Shown here: in pieces, positions 1-10,697 of the stretch
Layout of the letters: each line of letters begins with the position of its first letter
Position numbering within the stretch: the stretch's first letter is position 1
Assembly (NCBI GenBank): GCA_963790875.1
Contig: CAWBQT010000008.1
Location: 295,792-359,791, forward strand
From: an uncultured Alphaproteobacteria bacterium
Lineage (GTDB): Bacteria; Pseudomonadota; Alphaproteobacteria; ATCC43930; CGMCC-115725
DNA length: 64,000 bases
Direction: 5' to 3'
The notes under the pieces: generated by a model
What the model was told of the DNA's origin: nothing
The model's database searches: none
What the model saw: only the letters and a program-made list of their open reading frames with translations
Program-made: the position numbers and the translations under genes

Positions 1-218
1 GGTGTAGCTGGAGCTACTGAGCAGGATGTCGTAGATGCCCTTACCAAAGCTTGCACCGAAATCGGAGAAAGGGCGAGCGACAGCCGGATCGATGTCGGCG
101 GTTCGCTCTCGGCGCTGCGGACCTTCGCGCGCGAGATCGTGCCGGAATTTGCCTACTGAACGCGGCTGGCCCGCAGCGAGGCGCACCTCGCATTGCAATA
201 AGGAGCCAGGCCGGGCGA

Positions 219-1578
219 ATGGGGCAGCAGATCGACGGATTGGCGCACTTCATCGCGGCGACGCGGTGAGAGGACATCCCGGCACCGGTCCAGCGCCATG
301 CCAAGATGGTATTCCTCTATACGCTCGGGGTGATCCTCGCCCGCAGCGAGCGACCCGAAGTGCGCGCCCTGCGGGAGCGCCTGGCCGGAACGGCCGGTTC
401 CGGCGCCACGCTCTATGCGCGGGGCCGGTCGACCACCGACCCGCGCAGCGCGGCTTTGCTCAACGGCATCGCCGGACGGGCGATCGAATTGTGCGAAGGT
501 CTGCGCCTCGTCTCGGGCCAGGCGGCAATGCAGGTCCTGCCCGGGGTGCTGGCCGTCGCCGAGCAAGCAGGGCATCCCGGACGCGAGATCCTGGCCGCGT
601 TGGTGCTCGGCTACGAGGCCGCGGCGCGGCTCGCCGCAGGCTTCAAACCGCGGCCGCTGGCGCACCAGAACGGCCAGGTGTCGCTCTTGGCCGCCGCTGC
701 GACAGGTGCACGCGTCAATGGGTTCGACGCGGCCGGGATCAGCACGGCGATGTGCATCGCCGCGACGTTGCTATTGACCCCCGGCTACACCAATGCCGTT
801 GCCGGTGCCACTGCGCTGAACGTCGCCGGAGGGATGAGCGGTTTCGCCGCCGCATTGGCGCCCGAACTCGCCTCGGCCGGGTTCACCGCGCGCAACGACG
901 CAATCGAAGAGGCGCTCGGGCAGCTGGTCGGCGATGGCTTCAGCGCCGAGGGCCTGCTCGACGAGATCGGCGAGCGGTGGGAGATCACGCGCAACTATTT
1001 CCGGCTCTACGCCTGCTGCAACCCGATCCATCCGGCACTCGATTGCCTCAAAGCCGCACTCGCCGAATTGCGGCCGCGCCCGGAGCAAATCGAGCGCATC
1101 AAGGTCGCGACCTATCGTTTCGCCTCGGTCATGCGCAACCCCGACCCGCCGAACTATTTCGCGTCGAAATACTCGTTCCCGCACGCCGCCGCGGTGATGG
1201 CGGTACGCGGGCACGCCGGTTTTGCGGCACTCGACGACAGCGCCCTCGCAGACCCGGCGATCGAGCGATCTGCGCCATCGCGTCCGGATCGAGGAGGATC
1301 CGGCGATGAGCGCGCGGGCCCCAGTTCTGCGGCCGGCGCGGGTGACAGTCACTTTGACCGACGGCCGTCGGGCGACCCATTCCCGCGACAGTCACCGCGG
1401 CGATTTCAACGACCCGTTCAGCGAAGCGGAATTGCGCGACAAGTTCCGCGAGCTCGCCGGCACCGTGCTCAGCGAGAACGGGGTCGCTGCGGTCGAGCGC
1501 GCCGTCGATTGCTGCGAAGACTGGCCGAATGTCGGCGAACTGACCGGGTGCTTGCGACAATATGGCCGGGCCGAATGA
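219..1578 (+). pseudogene. MmgE/PrpD family protein (2-methylcitrate dehydratase-like), disrupted
   Basis: MGQQIDGLAHFIAATR, then TGA at 267-269, then EDIPAPVQRHAKMVFLYTLGVIL in the same frame as ORF 306..1661. The family-typical C-terminus (LRHRVRIEEDP...HRGDFNDPFSEAELRDKFRELAG) lies in ORF 1222..1578, a +1 shift near 1269. Confidence 0.8.
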
Positions 1579-1739
1579 ACGATCCGGACCGGGGTCCGAT
1601 GCTGTCCCGCAGCCACTCCCGCAGGGGAAGTCCGCTGAAATCGTTGCGGCGACCGCGATGACTGCTTGCTTCCGCGTGGCGCGGGTCGCCGAGCGCACGC
1701 AGCGGCGAGGGCGAATGGGAAAATCGGCAAGGACGCGCG

Positions 1740-4073
1740 ATGAACCGACAGCCAGCGCTAATGCCATTCCGCCTCGAAGAGGCGACGATCGAGGAGTTGC
1801 ACACCGCGATTCGCGCCGGGGCAACAACTTGCGTCGAGGTGGTGCAGCGCTATCTCGCCCGAGCCCGCGCCTATAATGGCGTCGCCAGCCTGCTCGTCAC
1901 CGAAGACGGGGCGACGATTCCAGAGGCGGTGGGCGCGGTGCGGGCTGGTGCAGCGTTGACGTTCCCGACCGAGACGGTAGCGGCATCGGCCCTGTTCCCC
2001 GATCTAGACAAGTACCGGGGACCGCCGCTCGAATTCGGCCGCATGGAGGCGACCGCTTCCGGCCCAACCGTGCAGCAGCAATACGGCATGATCATCGGCA
2101 AGCCAGAAGCCGGTCAACTCAACGCACTGTCGACCCTGAACATCCGCGGCGAGCGGTCGGTCACCTGCAAGGGCGAGTTCGACCGGCATCCGTCGCTGGG
2201 CCCGCTGCCGCCCGGCGCACCGCCGGTCTGCGAGATGTTTCGCCGCTATCCCGATGCGCTCGAACGCGCCGCCGAGCTCGATGCGCAATACGGCAGCAAC
2301 CCGCCGGTCGATGCGCTGCCGATGTATGGCGTCGTCTTCTCGTTCAAGGACCCGTTCGACACAAAGGACATGCGCACGACGGCGGGCGGCGACACCGCCT
2401 ATGACATCGACTTTCCGGTACGTGACCACATCCTGGTCGAACAGCTGCGCAGTAAAGGTGCCATCATCTTCGCCAAGGCGGTATGCACCGAATATAACGG
2501 CCGCGCCGGCAATCCCGGCGGCCGCCACGCGCCGGAAAAGGTGCTGCCTTCGACCCTCGGCTACCAGCGCAGCTCCTGGGGCGGCAATCCGGCCAATGTC
2601 TACGACCCGACCCGCGCCGCTTCTTTGGGCTCCTCGTCGGGCTCGGCCGTCTCGGTCAGCGCCAATCTGGTGATGGCGAGCCTCGGCGAGGAGACCCGTG
2701 CCTCGACCCGCGGCCCCGCCAACCACAACGCTTGTGCGCTGATCCTGCCGCACAAGGCGATGATCGGCTTTGTCGGCGGCGCGATCGGCGCCGACATCTA
2801 TTGCGACCGCAGCGGCATTCTGTGCCGCACCCTCGCCGATTGCGCGAAGGTACTGGATGCATTGAGGAACCCGGACGGCGGTACCTACGATCCGCGCGAC
2901 CCGTTCACCACCGTGCCGCGCTCGTTGTTGTCCTCCTATTCTGTCCATGCCAAGGCATCGGGCGCGGCCGGCGCGCTGCACGGCGTGCGCATCGGCATCG
3001 TTCGCGAGTCGATGCTGGTGCTCCCGGGCGAAATGGCGACCGTGCCGATCTGCACAGCCGCGGCGGCGGAAATCAAATCGGTGTTGCGCGACCGGCTGGG
3101 CGCGACACTGGTCGAAAGCGGCCATCCTCAATGGCGGCGCGACCCCGATCTCGAGCAGATGAACCCGGATTTCGGCGCCGGGTTGGCGCGGCTCGTGCCA
3201 CTGTTGATGCCGGACATCCTGTTCCGTCTCGGTCCCGACGGCACGCCGTTGTTCAAGGAATTTGCCGCCGCGATCAGGCCAGCCGAGTTCGCCCCGGGCA
3301 AGGTGTTCGGGACCGGTGCAATGGCGCCGATCGATTACATGGTCGCGCTGGCCGACGGGCGCATCGCGCCGCCCGCCAACCTCGATATCGCCACGGTCCA
3401 GCAGCAGGAGCTGGCCAACACCTTCCGCTTCCAGGTCTCCCAATACCTCTGGCGGCGCGCCACCGACTGGGCGGTGCGCGGCTTTACCGAGACGCTAAGC
3501 GATTTCGCCGCGCTGAACCGACGGTCGAAATTCTGGGGCGATGACGGTCGCGCCGCATTTCGCAACTGGGAGGAGGTCGCCGACCCCCGCAACAGGCTAG
3601 GCGGCCGCCAGGGGATCGACGAACGCATTATGCTGCGCGAGCTGCTGCGCCGGCTCGACATGCTGGTGCTGCTGGAAAACCGGCTCGACGTGCTGGTGCG
3701 GCTGCACACGCCGCTGCCGCCGGCGAAGATTGGCGGCGCCCATGACGCGCTCGCCGGCCGCAGCAATCTGCGAGCGGAATCGATGTACGGGCCCAACGCC
3801 GGCCTGACCGAGGTGCTGATCCCCGCCGGCTACGTCGGTGAAGCGTGGGATCCGGTGTTCCGGCTGAGCGCTGATCGGACAGGCTACGTTCCAGCCCCGG
3901 CGGCGGCGCCGACGACATTGTCGCCGCCGGGCCTGCCTTTCTCGCTGGTGTTCCGCGCCGAACCGGGCCGCGAAGATGTCCTCCTCAGGATCGCCTCGGC
4001 CTACGAGGCAGCCGCCAAGCGGCGCATCCCGCCGCCTGCGTTCGGCGCTTTGCCTGAATGCGTCTGCGTTTGA
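1740..4073 (+). CDS. amidase-signature family protein, unusually long (777 aa)
   Basis: Intact ORF. Has FSFKDPFDTKDMRTTAGG and a GSSSGSAVSVSANLVMASLGEETRASTRGPA block resembling the Ser-cisSer-Lys amidase signature. A ~300-aa C-terminal extension has no family I recognise. Confidence 0.8.
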   Translation: MNRQPALMPFRLEEATIEELHTAIRAGATTCVEVVQRYLARARAYNGVASLLVTEDGATIPEAVGAVRAGAALTFPTETVAASALFPDLDKYRGPPLEFGRMEATASGPTVQQQYGMIIGKPEAGQLNALSTLNIRGERSVTCKGEFDRHPSLGPLPPGAPPVCEMFRRYPDALERAAELDAQYGSNPPVDALPMYGVVFSFKDPFDTKDMRTTAGGDTAYDIDFPVRDHILVEQLRSKGAIIFAKAVCTEYNGRAGNPGGRHAPEKVLPSTLGYQRSSWGGNPANVYDPTRAASLGSSSGSAVSVSANLVMASLGEETRASTRGPANHNACALILPHKAMIGFVGGAIGADIYCDRSGILCRTLADCAKVLDALRNPDGGTYDPRDPFTTVPRSLLSSYSVHAKASGAAGALHGVRIGIVRESMLVLPGEMATVPICTAAAAEIKSVLRDRLGATLVESGHPQWRRDPDLEQMNPDFGAGLARLVPLLMPDILFRLGPDGTPLFKEFAAAIRPAEFAPGKVFGTGAMAPIDYMVALADGRIAPPANLDIATVQQQELANTFRFQVSQYLWRRATDWAVRGFTETLSDFAALNRRSKFWGDDGRAAFRNWEEVADPRNRLGGRQGIDERIMLRELLRRLDMLVLLENRLDVLVRLHTPLPPAKIGGAHDALAGRSNLRAESMYGPNAGLTEVLIPAGYVGEAWDPVFRLSADRTGYVPAPAAAPTTLSPPGLPFSLVFRAEPGREDVLLRIASAYEAAAKRRIPPPAFGALPECVCV

Positions 4074-4259
4074 GGCAAATGGTTGCAAGTTCCCGGTTGG
4101 GTGAGGTGGCTCTGTTCTCGCAGAGCACACCACAGAGGCGGTGAGGCCTGCTATTCTGGCCCTCGACGCGGCTCGATCCCGCTCGGCATCGATGTAGCAG
4201 GCGTTCTGCTCGGGCGCTGGCGGACCGGCCAGGTGAGCGGAAAGAGAGCAAGCAATACC

Positions 4260-5313
4260 ATGCAAGTTGGCATTCAGTTCTTCCCTGATATCGGTCCCGA
4301 CGTGAAGTCAGCACGCGATTACTGGCAAGACGCGTTGTCCCTGGTCGGGCTGTGCGACCGTTACGGCTATAGCCACGTGCGGACGGTTGAGCATTACTTC
4401 CTGCCATACGGCGGCTATAGCCCGAATCCGGTGGTGTTCCTCGCTGCCGCGGCGCAGCACACGAAAACCGCGCGCCTTGTCACCGGCGCGGTGCTCCCGG
4501 CATTCAACAACCCACTGAAGCTCGCCGGTGAGCTTGCCCTGTTGGACGCGCTGTGCGACGGGCGTCTCGACATCGGCTTTGCGCGGGCCTTCCTGCCGCA
4601 TGAGTTCGCCCGCTTCGGCGTGAAGCTGGACGAGAGCCGCGCGCGCTTCGACGAAGGCATGGAACAGGTGCGCCTGTTGCTCGAGCAGGAGAACGTCACA
4701 GCCGCGGGGCGCTTTCACAGCTTCCGTAACGTCACGTCGCTCCCACGCCCGACCCAGAAGCCGCGGCCGCCATTCTATGTTGCGGCACTCGCCTCGCGGG
4801 AGTCGTTCGAGCGCGCGGGAGCGGCGGGCCACGGCGTCATGGCGATCCCGATGGCGGGGAGCGCGATGGCCGAACTGATCGGCATCTACCGCGAAGCCTG
4901 GGCGACGCGCCGGGCATGCCGGGACCGGAACGGTCATGTTGGCGTTCCACATGTTCTGTCACGCGAACCAGGACGAGGCGGAACGCATCGCCCGAGACCC
5001 GTTGAATCGCTATCTGCAATCGCTGGTGAGTGCTGCATCCGACTGGACGACAGGGGCGAGTTCCGCCGATTACCCAGGCTACGACAAGATCATCGCGTCG
5101 CTGGAACGCGAGAATTTCGAAACGCAGGTGGCGAAATGCGCCGCCTGGGTGGGCACGCCAGAACGCATACTCGACACGGTGACGACCTATCGGCGGCAGA
5201 TCGGCGATTTCGAGATCGCCTCCTTGCAGGTCAACTTCCACGACATGTCGCTGATGGAGGCCGAGGGGTCGATGCGGCTGTTCGGTGATAAGGTGCTGCG
5301 GCGGCTGTGCTGA
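4260..5313 (+). pseudogene. LLM-class flavin-dependent oxidoreductase (luciferase-like), frameshifted
   Basis: N-terminal part MQVGIQFFPDIG...YREAWA is in ORF 4083..5288. The C-terminal part MLAFHMFCHANQDEAERIA...FGDKVL is in ORF 4936..5313, a +1 shift near 4908. Confidence 0.8.
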
Positions 5314-5326
5314 CGATCGGTTCGAC

Positions 5327-7769
5327 ATGAGCCGCGAGCCCGCTCGTCGTGTTCTCGGGTGCCGGCTGCCGCGGCTGGAGGACCCGCCGCTCTTGACCGG
5401 GCGCGGCAGGTTCGTCGGCGACCTCGGCTTCCCGCACCAGCTGCACATGCGCGTCGTGCGTTCGCCTTACGCCCATGCCGTGTTGCGCCGCGTCGACATC
5501 AGGGCGGCGCTCGCCGTGCCCGGAATCTTTGCGGTGTGGACGGCGGCGGACCTCGCCGATTTGCCGCCGATCGATTTCCGCGACCCGGCGGCGGAGGCGT
5601 TGCGCCCGTACCGCCAGCCGCTCTTGGCGCAGGAACGGGTGCGTTATGTCGGCGAGCCGGTCGCGGTCGTGTTCGCGACCGATCCCTATCTGGCCGAAGA
5701 CGCCGCCGATCTGGTTTCGATCGAGGTCGACGAACTCGCGCCGCTACTGGACGCCAGCGCCGCCCCCGGCAATTTTGCGCCGGGTCTGTCGACCGAGGTG
5801 CTGCTGCTGCGCGCCGCTTACGGCGATGTCGAGGCAGCTTTTGCCGCGGCATTTCAGGTCATCGCCGTCGACCTGACGATCGGCCGGCACAGCGGCGTAC
5901 CGCTCGAGACGCGGGGTGCCCTCGCCAACTTCGATGCCGCTCGGGACGTGCTCGAATTGTTCGGCGCCGCCAAGGTGCCGCACCGCAACCGCGACGCGCT
6001 GGCGCGCACGCTCGGTCGCAGCACGACGGCGGTGGTCCTGAAGGAAGGCAATACCGGTGGCGGATTTGGCGTCCGGGGCGAACTCTACCCCGAAGACTTC
6101 CTCGTCGCGGTCGCCGCGCTGCGCTTCGGGCGGCCGATCAAATGGATCGAGGACCGACGCGAGCATCTGATGGCCGCCAACCACTCGCGCGAGCAGCGTC
6201 ATCGCGCCCGTGTCGCCGTCGATGCCGACGGGCGGATCCTGGCGCTGGAGGATGAGTTCGATCTCGACCAGGGCGCCTATGTGCGCACCCATGGCGCCCG
6301 GGTCGTGGAGATGACCCTCGCGATGCTGCCGGGGCCGTACCGCGTCCCTGCCTACCGCGGCATCGGGCATTTTCGGCTGACCAACAAGACGCCGGCGGCG
6401 ACCTATCGGGCGCCCGGCCGGTTTGAGGGCAGCTTTGTGCGTGAGCGGCTCGTCGACGCCATCGCCGACCGGCTCGGCTTCGATCGGGTGACGGTACGGC
6501 GGCGCAACCTGATCACCGCCGCCGAGATGCCGTTTCATCGGGCGCTCAACGCGCTGGGCACCGAGGTGGTCTACGATTTCGGGCGACTACCCACTGTTGC
6601 TCGACAGGGCGCTCGACCGAATCGGTTGGATTGCGTTGCAGGCCGAGCTGCGGCGCCGCCGCGCCGAGGGCGAACTCGTCGGGTCCGGCATCGCGATATT
6701 TGTCGAGAAGGGCGGGCTTGGCCCTTTGGACGGCGCCCGCGTCACCGTCGACGCCACCGGCACGATCGAGTTGGTGACCGGCGGCTCGGCGGTCGGTCAG
6801 GGCTTTGCCACGGCAATGGCACAGATCTGCGCGGAGACGCTCGGCGTCGACTACCGCCAGGTGCGGGTTGTCGCCGGACAGACAGACCGCATCCAATACG
6901 GGATCGGCGCGCACGCCTCACGCGCCTCGGTGATGACGGGAAGTGCGACGCACAGGGCGGCGCTGAAAGTCCGGGCCAAGGCGCTCGAGATGGCGGCCGT
7001 GTTGTTGCAGGCGACGCCCGACGAGCTCGACATCACCGACGGAGTTGTGGTTCATCGCCACCGGCCGCAGGGCTCATCGATCAGCCTCGGGGAAATCGCC
7101 GATCATCTCGCCCCCGACTCGTCGACTCTCGGTGAGCGCGACCCTGGGCTCGCCGCCGAAGGTTGGTTCCGCACCGAGCACATGACCTATCCCTACGGCG
7201 TGCAGATCGGCGTCGTCCGGGTCGACGCCGAAACCGGGCAGGTGACGGTCGAGCGGTATCTCCTCGCTTACGATATCGGCCGTTCGATCAACCCGATGCT
7301 GGTCGAAGGTCAGCTCGTCGGCGGTTTCGCTCAGGGTCTCGGCGGCGCGCTCTACGAGGAATTCCGTTACGACGAGCGCGGCGAGCCGCTCAGCGTGACC
7401 CTTGCCGATTATCTGCTGCCGACCATGGAGGAAATGCCTGCCGCGGAAGTGCTGGTGACCGAGGACGCGCCGAGCCCCCTCAATCCGCTCGGCATCAAGA
7501 GCGTCGGCGAAGGAGGGATAAACGGGGTCGGCGCGGTCATCGCCGCCGCGATCGACGAGGCGATCGGCATGCCCGTTGGGGTGACCCGGCTCCCGGCAAC
7601 ACCGCAGCGCATCAAAGCCCTATTGCGCAACGCGGCGAGGCATGGCCGCCATACTGCCGCCGAGGGGTGGAGGGAAGATAAAGACTTGAGCAACCATCTC
7701 GACGGTCTGATCCAAGACCCGAGTTCGGCGCCACCAACCCGGGCTCGGCCCGACCCGCCAAAAAGCTGA
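5327..7769 (+). pseudogene. xanthine dehydrogenase/CoxL family molybdopterin-binding subunit, frameshifted
   Basis: RLPRLEDPPLLTGRGRFVGD N-terminus and GGGFGVRGELYPED in ORF 5285..7135. It continues as (YDSGDYP)LLLDRAL...SVGEGGINGVGAVIAAAIDEA in ORF 6597..7769. There is one extra base near 6570 (gatTtcggg). Confidence 0.85.
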
Positions 7770-7777
7770 TCGGCAAA

Positions 7778-9445
7778 ATGCCGGGCACTCGGTCGGCGCC
7801 AGTGCTGACGTTGCTCAATGCGCCGAGCATCGCTGCCTACACTGCGGCAGGGTTCTGGGGCGGCGAGACGATCTACGGTCTGGCGGCACGGCACGCGCAG
7901 ATGACGCCGCAGGCCTGGGCAATGCGCGATCGCCACCGCCGGCTCGGCTATGCGGAACTGATCGCCGCCGCCGACCGGCTCGCGGCATATCTCACCGGGC
8001 ACAGTGTTCGGCCCGGCCAGCGGGTCGCCGTGTGGCTGCCGAGCCGGGTGGAGACCGCTATCGCGCTCATCGCCTGCTCGCGTAACGGATATGTCTGCTG
8101 CCCTTCCCTGCATCGCGACCACACCGTTGGCGAGATCGCCGCGCTGGTCGACCGCATGCGCGCCGCGGCGTTCCTCGGTCAACCGGGCTACGGTGCCGAT
8201 GCCGATCGCCACGACGTCTTCGCCGCATTGGCCGACCGCGACTTTCTGCGTTGCGCCTGGCGCGTCGGATCGGCCGATGCCGTGCCCTTCGGCGAATTGC
8301 CGGGCCCGGCGGTCGAAACAGAGGCGAGCGGCGACGCCAATCAGGTGATGTATCTGCCCTTCACCTCCGGCACGACCGGCGAACCGAAGGGCGTTCTGCA
8401 TAGCGACAACACGCTGCTCGCAACAGCGCGGATGATGGCGCGCGACTGGCGGCTGGAGAGCGCTGTGCTCTACACGCTGAGCCCGCTCAGTCACAATCTA
8501 GGGCTGGGCGCGCTGATCACCGCGCTGGCCGGCGCTGGCGAACTCGTCGTCCACGATCTCCGGCGCGGCGCCAGCCTCGCCGATCGGCTCGAAGAGACCG
8601 GCGCCGAATTTCTGTTCGGTGTGCCGACACATGCGATCGATCTCCTTGAGGAGATCAGAGCCAGCGGGCTGCGGCGCGTCGGCGCAGTACGCGGTTTCCG
8701 CATCTCGGGTGCCGCGGCGCCGGCGCCGGTGGTCGCGGGGCTGATGCAATACGGTATCGTGCCGCAGAGCGGCTACGGCATGACGGAAACCTGCTCGCAC
8801 CAGTATACCCTGCCAGACGACCCGCCCGAGCGCATCGTCGAAACCTCCGGGCGGGCCTGTGCCGGCTACGAGGTCCGCGTCTGGCACCAAGATGATCCCG
8901 ACACCGAGGCAGCACCTGGTGAAACCGGCGAAATCGGCGGCCGCGGCGCCAGCCTGATGCTCGGCTATTTCGACGACCAGAAGGCGACCGAAGCGGCGTT
9001 CAACGCCGAGGGCTGGTTCATGACCGGGGATCTCGGCTGGATCGACGAACACGGCTATCTTTGCATCACCGGCCGCAAGAAAGACCTGATCATCCGCGGC
9101 GGCCGCAACATCCATCCGGCGCGCATCGAGGCGTTGGCGCTGCGGCACGACGCGATCGAGAAGGCGGCGGCCTTTCCGGTCGCCGATCAGCGGCTCGGCG
9201 AGCGCGTGTGTCTGGCGGTGGTGGTGCGCACGAATATGCAGGCCGGCCCGGAGGCGATCCTCGGACATCTGGATGCGTCGGGCTTGTCGCAATACGACAT
9301 GCCGGAATTCATCCTGCAACTGTCCGAGATGCCGCTGACCGCCAGCGGCAAATTGCTGAAGCGCGCGCTGATGCAATGGGTCGCGGAAGGGCGGGTGCAG
9401 CCGGTTCCCGTGCGCTTGCCACCCCGGTCCGGGATGCCAGGTTAG
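7778..9445 (+). CDS. AMP-dependent synthetase/ligase (acyl-CoA synthetase family)
   Basis: Intact 555-aa ORF with the AMP-binding motif YLPFTSGTTGEPKGVLHS and a C-terminal GKLLKRAL. Starts 9 nt after the upstream gene. Confidence 0.9.
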   Translation: MPGTRSAPVLTLLNAPSIAAYTAAGFWGGETIYGLAARHAQMTPQAWAMRDRHRRLGYAELIAAADRLAAYLTGHSVRPGQRVAVWLPSRVETAIALIACSRNGYVCCPSLHRDHTVGEIAALVDRMRAAAFLGQPGYGADADRHDVFAALADRDFLRCAWRVGSADAVPFGELPGPAVETEASGDANQVMYLPFTSGTTGEPKGVLHSDNTLLATARMMARDWRLESAVLYTLSPLSHNLGLGALITALAGAGELVVHDLRRGASLADRLEETGAEFLFGVPTHAIDLLEEIRASGLRRVGAVRGFRISGAAAPAPVVAGLMQYGIVPQSGYGMTETCSHQYTLPDDPPERIVETSGRACAGYEVRVWHQDDPDTEAAPGETGEIGGRGASLMLGYFDDQKATEAAFNAEGWFMTGDLGWIDEHGYLCITGRKKDLIIRGGRNIHPARIEALALRHDAIEKAAAFPVADQRLGERVCLAVVVRTNMQAGPEAILGHLDASGLSQYDMPEFILQLSEMPLTASGKLLKRALMQWVAEGRVQPVPVRLPPRSGMPG

Positions 9446-9449
9446 CGGG

Positions 9450-10452
9450 ATGCAGGCGATCGTCGTCGATGCTTTCGGGCCGCCGGAGCGGCTGCGGGTC
9501 TGCGAGGTCGCTGCGCCGGCACCGGCGGCGGACGAGGTGCTGGTGACGGTGCATGCCGCGCCGGTGAACCATGTCGATCTTCTGGTCGTCGGCGGGAATT
9601 ATCAGTTCCGGCCATCGCTCCCGTTTATCCCGGGCAAGGGCCCGGCGGGCGTGGTCACCGCGCTCGGCCGTGACGTGACGAGCTGGCGAGTCGGCGACCG
9701 GGTACTGGCCATGGCCGAGGAGGGAGGTTATGCCGAGGCGGTCACGGTCCGTGCCGACCAGTGCTACCGTTTGCCGGCGACGATGTCATTCATCGAAGCC
9801 GCGTCGTTGAGCCTCGTCTACGACACGGCGTGGTTCGCCTTGCGCGAGCGTGCCCGAACTCGAGCCCGGAGAGAGTGTCCTGGTGCTCGGCGCCTCGGGC
9901 GGCGTCGGCCAGGCGGCGGTGCAGCTCGCCCATGCGCTCGGTGCGCGGGTGCTTGCCGGGATTATCCGGCCGGAACGAGCGGCACCGGTGCGGACTGCCG
10001 GCGCCGAGGCGGTAATCGACCTGTCGGCCGCCGGCCTGCGCGACAGCTTGCGCGCGCAGGTCTACGCGGTGACCGAGGGGCGCGGCGCCGACATCATTCT
10101 CGACCCGCTCGGCGGCACGATTTTCGAGGCGGCCGTGCGCTCGCTCGCCTGGCGGGGCCGGCTGGTGGTGGTCGGGTTTGCCGCGGGCAGTATTCCGACG
10201 ATCAGGACCAACTACCTGCTGCTGAAGAACATCGAAGTGAGCGGCCTGCAGATCAGCGACTACCGCCGGCGGCGTCCGGCGCAAGTCGCCGCCTGTTTTG
10301 CCGAGATCTTCAGCCTCTACGAGCTGGGGAAGGTCAAGCCCGCTGCGGCGGCAATCTTTCCGTTGGCTCGCGCCGGCAAAGCACTCGCCGCATTGCGCGA
10401 CCGCCGCATTTCCGGTCGCGCCGTGTTGCAAGCATCTGACGCAGCGATTTGA
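9450..10452 (+). pseudogene. NADPH:quinone oxidoreductase / MDR zinc-type alcohol dehydrogenase family, frameshifted
   Basis: N-terminal MQAIVVDAFGPPERL...FIPGKGPAGVV is in ORF 9450..10439. The Rossmann part PGESVLVLGASGGVGQAAVQLA... is in ORF 9850..10452, a +1 shift near 9848. Confidence 0.85.
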
Positions 10453-10583
10453 TCGGACAGGAACGACCGAGACGTCCGGCGTTACCAGCGCTGCCGTCAC
10501 CGCATTAAAGGGCTGATCATTGCCGATCAATCTGCATCGGACAGTAAGGGACCCAGTCTCCTCGCCCCTGCGGGAACCCAAAA

Positions 10584-10663
10584 TTCCTTCGTCATACCGG
10601 CGAAAGCCGGTATCCATTTCTGCCCTGGATACCGGCTTTCGCCGGTATGACGAAAAAAGGAAT
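10584..10663. repeat. REP-like nested palindrome
   Basis: ttccttcgtcataccggcgaaagccggtatcca / tggataccggctttcgccggtatgacgaaaaaaggaa. Each arm holds its own hairpin (ataccggcgaaagccggtat). Confidence 0.8.
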
Positions 10664-10697
10664 CCAACGGACTGATCCGCATTAAAGGGAGGAACGG

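Noticed and set aside
267-269. TGA read as selenocysteine or Trp recoding
   Set aside because: No SECIS-like hairpin is evident downstream, TGA is used as a normal stop throughout the window, and the same gene also carries a frameshift. A nonsense mutation or base-call error is simpler.
2004-3443. Long antisense shadow ORFs (also 8498-9376, 13763-15100, 35829-36986, 37129-38868, 40379-41563, 51056-52090, 57741-58991)
   Set aside because: They lie opposite strongly supported genes and have Arg/Ala/Gly/Pro-dominated composition with no family motifs. Stop-codon-poor antisense frames are expected at ~65% GC.
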